Source of the DNA: an uncultured Pirellulales bacterium
GTDB taxonomy: Bacteria; Planctomycetota; Phycisphaerae; Sedimentisphaerales; Anaerobacaceae
NCBI GenBank assembly: GCA_964597035.1
Contig: CAZQWM010000008.1
Location: forward strand, 12,679 to 76,678
Direction of reading: 5' to 3'
Length of the DNA: 64,000 nt
Shown here piece by piece: positions 61,731 through 64,000 of this stretch; the first letter of the stretch is position 1, and every line of letters starts with the position of its first letter. The position numbers and the translations under genes were made by a program. Below the pieces are notes generated by a model that was given only the letters and a program-made list of their open reading frames with translations, did no database searches and was not told the origin of the DNA.

Positions 61731-61758
61731 GTGGCACGGGCTTCCAAGCCCGTGAAAA
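61731..61758. repeat. REP-like hairpin element, copy B (GTGGCACGGGCTTCCAAGCCCGTGAAAAC)
   Basis: Palindrome CACGGGC-N6-GCCCGTG. It shares the GTGGCACGGG...CCCGTG.AAAAC frame with copy A. Confidence 0.6.
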
Positions 61759-61768
61759 CTGCGATAAA

Positions 61769-63439
61769 TTACTTCACCTCGTATTCCTTCGCCGGTATCA
61801 GTGAATTTACAAGCACGGCTAGTTCTTCCTCGGTCACCGCACCGTTAACCGCTATCAGCGGGACCGTTCCGGATGGCGTCTCGACTATGTAACCAACACG
61901 GTCTTGTGCCGGCTCGAATCCGCAGTTCCTGAAACACAAGTCCGTCCAGAACGCCTCGCCGCCGATGTTTGCGTATAATTTGCAGCCATTGGCATACTCG
62001 GTGTAATTAAGTCCCTGTCCGTGTGCCTCCGCCGAGCGGGCCTGCGCCTGCTTGAACATCATTCCCATATATTTGTTATGAGTAGTGGATTGAATCAGCA
62101 GCACGTGCCGGCCGTCTTCCGCGGTGTACAGAATCAAGAACATCCTCGCCGACGGGTTCATCGGGTCAACAACGTCTACTATCATTCGCTGCTGCGTCCA
62201 GCTCGGGTCGCTTGCGAAGATATACGTCTCGAACTCTGCCCTGTCAACCATATGCCGCACTGACACGTTATCGATGGCGACATCGGATGCCACCGTTACT
62301 GCGCTTGGTGCTTGCCCTGCAAGCTCTTTGCTGCTGAGCTCCGCAAGGTTCCAAGAATATCCCGGCTCATCTACCGGTTCGCTCGCTATCCTTCGAATCA
62401 GCATCTGCTGCTGGCCCATATAGGTGTACTCAATCTCTGCGATTATCTCATCGGCACGACGCACCTTGAAAAGATAATAAGTGTTTAGCTCACCCCACGG
62501 GTCCGGGAAACCAAGCTTATATACAAGAACCGGAGTCCCGTCTTCGAGCTTGTCTTCCACTACATCTTGAATTGGCTCTGCCACACACTTGTCGCTGAGA
62601 CACTGCCGAACGCCTGCAGTTATCCCTAAAAACTCCGCTGGATTCTCCGGTGCCCTGAAATCGGACGTAACTGCCTCGCCTTTTAACTGGATTTTTCCGT
62701 CAGCGGCCGTCTCAGTAATACTTACGAATTCGCCGTCGTAAGCGTTGACAAAAATTACCTTGTCGTCTGTCTCCATTGTGCGGACAAATCGTCCCGTACG
62801 CGGCTCGTACCACGAATTGTCAAAAATCGTATATGGCTGGTTCGCGTCCCTCGACAACCTGATTTCCGTCAGACGTTGCCCTCCGTCGGCCTCCAGCGAG
62901 CACATCGGAAGCCAGTTTATCATCCAGGAGCTTACTAATTCGCGATTGAGTTTCTGCATTTCCTCGTCCGTAATTTTAGGGTCGCCGAGCTTCTCTATCA
63001 TTTCGTTTGTTTTGGGATTGTAATGGCTCCCGTAGATTGTGATTTCGTTCAGGATATGCACAATCTTGTCCCCGGTGAAAAGCGCCTGCTCGGCCGCCTG
63101 TGCCTTCGCAAGAAACTCTATCGACGTTATTGGATCAGTGTGGCCGGGTCTGAATATTGCACGGTTCAAAAAAACTGCAATGGCCACTATTGCCGCTACC
63201 GCCGCTAATTTTGTTATTCTGCTCGTGGTGAGCTTGTCGAATCCGCTTCGCATAATCGTTCTCCAGACCCCGATTTCTCCGCCTTGGGCGGGTCGGGTTC
63301 GTCTCTCTTCTTGCCATTGGCGTCGTGCAAAAGCAGCCAGCAGTTCCTTCTGTAGCTTGTTCCGGTGATGATAATCGCACTTGTCGTCGAATGTCACCTT
63401 GCTGAAAAGTTCTTCGAATTGTCTTTCATCATTTCTCAT
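61769..63439 (-). CDS. single-pass membrane protein, anti-sigma-factor candidate
   Basis: 556 aa with a short cytoplasmic N-terminus, one TM segment (ITKLAAVAAIVAIAVFL) and a large extracytoplasmic domain. Its start overlaps the stop of the ECF sigma gene (ATGA), the usual sigma/anti-sigma arrangement. No family motif recognised. Confidence 0.55.
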   Translation of the reverse strand: MRNDERQFEELFSKVTFDDKCDYHHRNKLQKELLAAFARRQWQEERRTRPAQGGEIGVWRTIMRSGFDKLTTSRITKLAAVAAIVAIAVFLNRAIFRPGHTDPITSIEFLAKAQAAEQALFTGDKIVHILNEITIYGSHYNPKTNEMIEKLGDPKITDEEMQKLNRELVSSWMINWLPMCSLEADGGQRLTEIRLSRDANQPYTIFDNSWYEPRTGRFVRTMETDDKVIFVNAYDGEFVSITETAADGKIQLKGEAVTSDFRAPENPAEFLGITAGVRQCLSDKCVAEPIQDVVEDKLEDGTPVLVYKLGFPDPWGELNTYYLFKVRRADEIIAEIEYTYMGQQQMLIRRIASEPVDEPGYSWNLAELSSKELAGQAPSAVTVASDVAIDNVSVRHMVDRAEFETYIFASDPSWTQQRMIVDVVDPMNPSARMFLILYTAEDGRHVLLIQSTTHNKYMGMMFKQAQARSAEAHGQGLNYTEYANGCKLYANIGGEAFWTDLCFRNCGFEPAQDRVGYIVETPSGTVPLIAVNGAVTEEELAVLVNSLIPAKEYEVK

Positions 63440-63978
63440 ATTGTTACCTCCTGCCCATTAGTTTGGGCCGAAGAGATATGCCTTCGCAGCTTCACTAATG
63501 CCCGCGACAACTGACTGCGGACTGTGCCGGCGCTTGTCCCGACTATCTCGGCTATTTCCTCTAATTTCAGTTTCTCGAAAAAACGCATTGTGATGATGGC
63601 CTGATACTCCGGCTTGAGCGCGAGTATTGCTCTTTTGATGATAGCCGTTTTCTTTTGCGATTCGTCTGCAAACGATTCTTCGCTGTTTTTATTGCTCAGC
63701 CACTGCCGCACCCAGGTCATAATTGCGCTTCGCCGGGTGGTCTTTCTTGTATGCTCGTTTATCGCGTTGGTGGCTATCGTGTAAAGCCAGTTGCGAAATT
63801 GCCTCTCGTCGCCGTCGAATCTCTGGAAGTTCTCCACCATACGCAGGAAAACCTCCGACGTGATGTCCTCTGCCGTGGTTCTGTTAAAGAGTCGGTGTGC
63901 ACAATATCTGAATATCGCGTCATAGTGGCGGAAATATAATCTTGTGAAGGCCCCGGGGTCGCTTTTGGCCGTCGTCAT
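63436..63978 (-). CDS. ECF-type RNA polymerase sigma factor (sigma-70 family)
   Basis: Region 2 (FRYCAHRLFNRTTAEDITSEVFLRMVENFQRFD...FRNWLYTIATNAINEHTRK) and region 4 (PEYQAIITMRFFEKLKLEEIAEIVGTSAGTVRSQLSRALVKLR). Confidence 0.9.
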   Translation of the reverse strand: MTTAKSDPGAFTRLYFRHYDAIFRYCAHRLFNRTTAEDITSEVFLRMVENFQRFDGDERQFRNWLYTIATNAINEHTRKTTRRSAIMTWVRQWLSNKNSEESFADESQKKTAIIKRAILALKPEYQAIITMRFFEKLKLEEIAEIVGTSAGTVRSQLSRALVKLRRHISSAQTNGQEVTI

Positions 63979-64000
63979 CAGGTCCGGCTCGAAGGCAAAA

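Noticed and set aside
1-64000. CRISPR arrays, rRNA/tRNA genes, transposases, integrases, prophage or toxin-antitoxin/defence modules.
   Set aside because: I found no regularly spaced direct repeats, no recombinase or transposase motifs in any ORF, and no RNA-gene hallmarks. The window is a chromosomal flagellar cluster with no sign of mobility.

Overview
Nearly the whole 64-kb window is one flagellar supercluster. I can name about 40 flagellar genes from their translations. On the minus strand, 628-13539 holds flgM, two lipoprotein genes, fliA, flhA, fliN, fliM, fliL, a sigma54 activator and two TPR proteins. A second sigma54 activator follows at 13823-15265. On the plus strand, 15829-27528 holds flgD-E-(orf)-F-G-A-H-I-J-N-K-L. 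A 12.6-kb glycosylation island (27755-40308) separates flgL from fliD (40467-42809). The minus strand then carries flhB-fliR-Q-P-O (42839-46377) and motB'-motB-motA-ylxF-like-fliJ-I-H-G-F-E-flgC-B (46599-55687). The plus strand ends the cluster with fliK, flagellin and fliS (56103-59531). The right end has an HTH+receiver regulator, a DegT-type aminotransferase and an ECF sigma/anti-sigma-like pair. By eye I find six sigma54-type promoters (xGGCAY-N5-TTGCW) in front of the early and middle units and two sigma28-type promoters in front of flagellin and fliD, so a sigma54-to-sigma28 cascade is likely. I see no CRISPR array, rRNA, tRNA, transposase or integrase. Five things are not explained by a textbook flagellar locus. 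(1) The glycosylation island includes a single 2,340-aa ORF with about seven glycosyltransferase modules, plus TPR-fused GTs, a chaperone-like ORF and a sulfatase-fold enzyme with no C-x-P-x-R motif. (2) A sigma54-driven pair of large TPR envelope proteins heads the fliL-fliM-fliN-flhA unit. (3) A second MotB-like protein lacks the channel Asp. (4) All three receiver domains in the window look degenerate. (5) fliA-linked lipoproteins are present, and flhF/flhG are absent from their usual position. All family calls rest on motifs read from the translations; no database search was run. Lineage cannot be proven from this window, though the HTH-receiver architecture, the sulfatase-family gene and the many TPR proteins loosely suggest a PVC/Planctomycetota-like organism.
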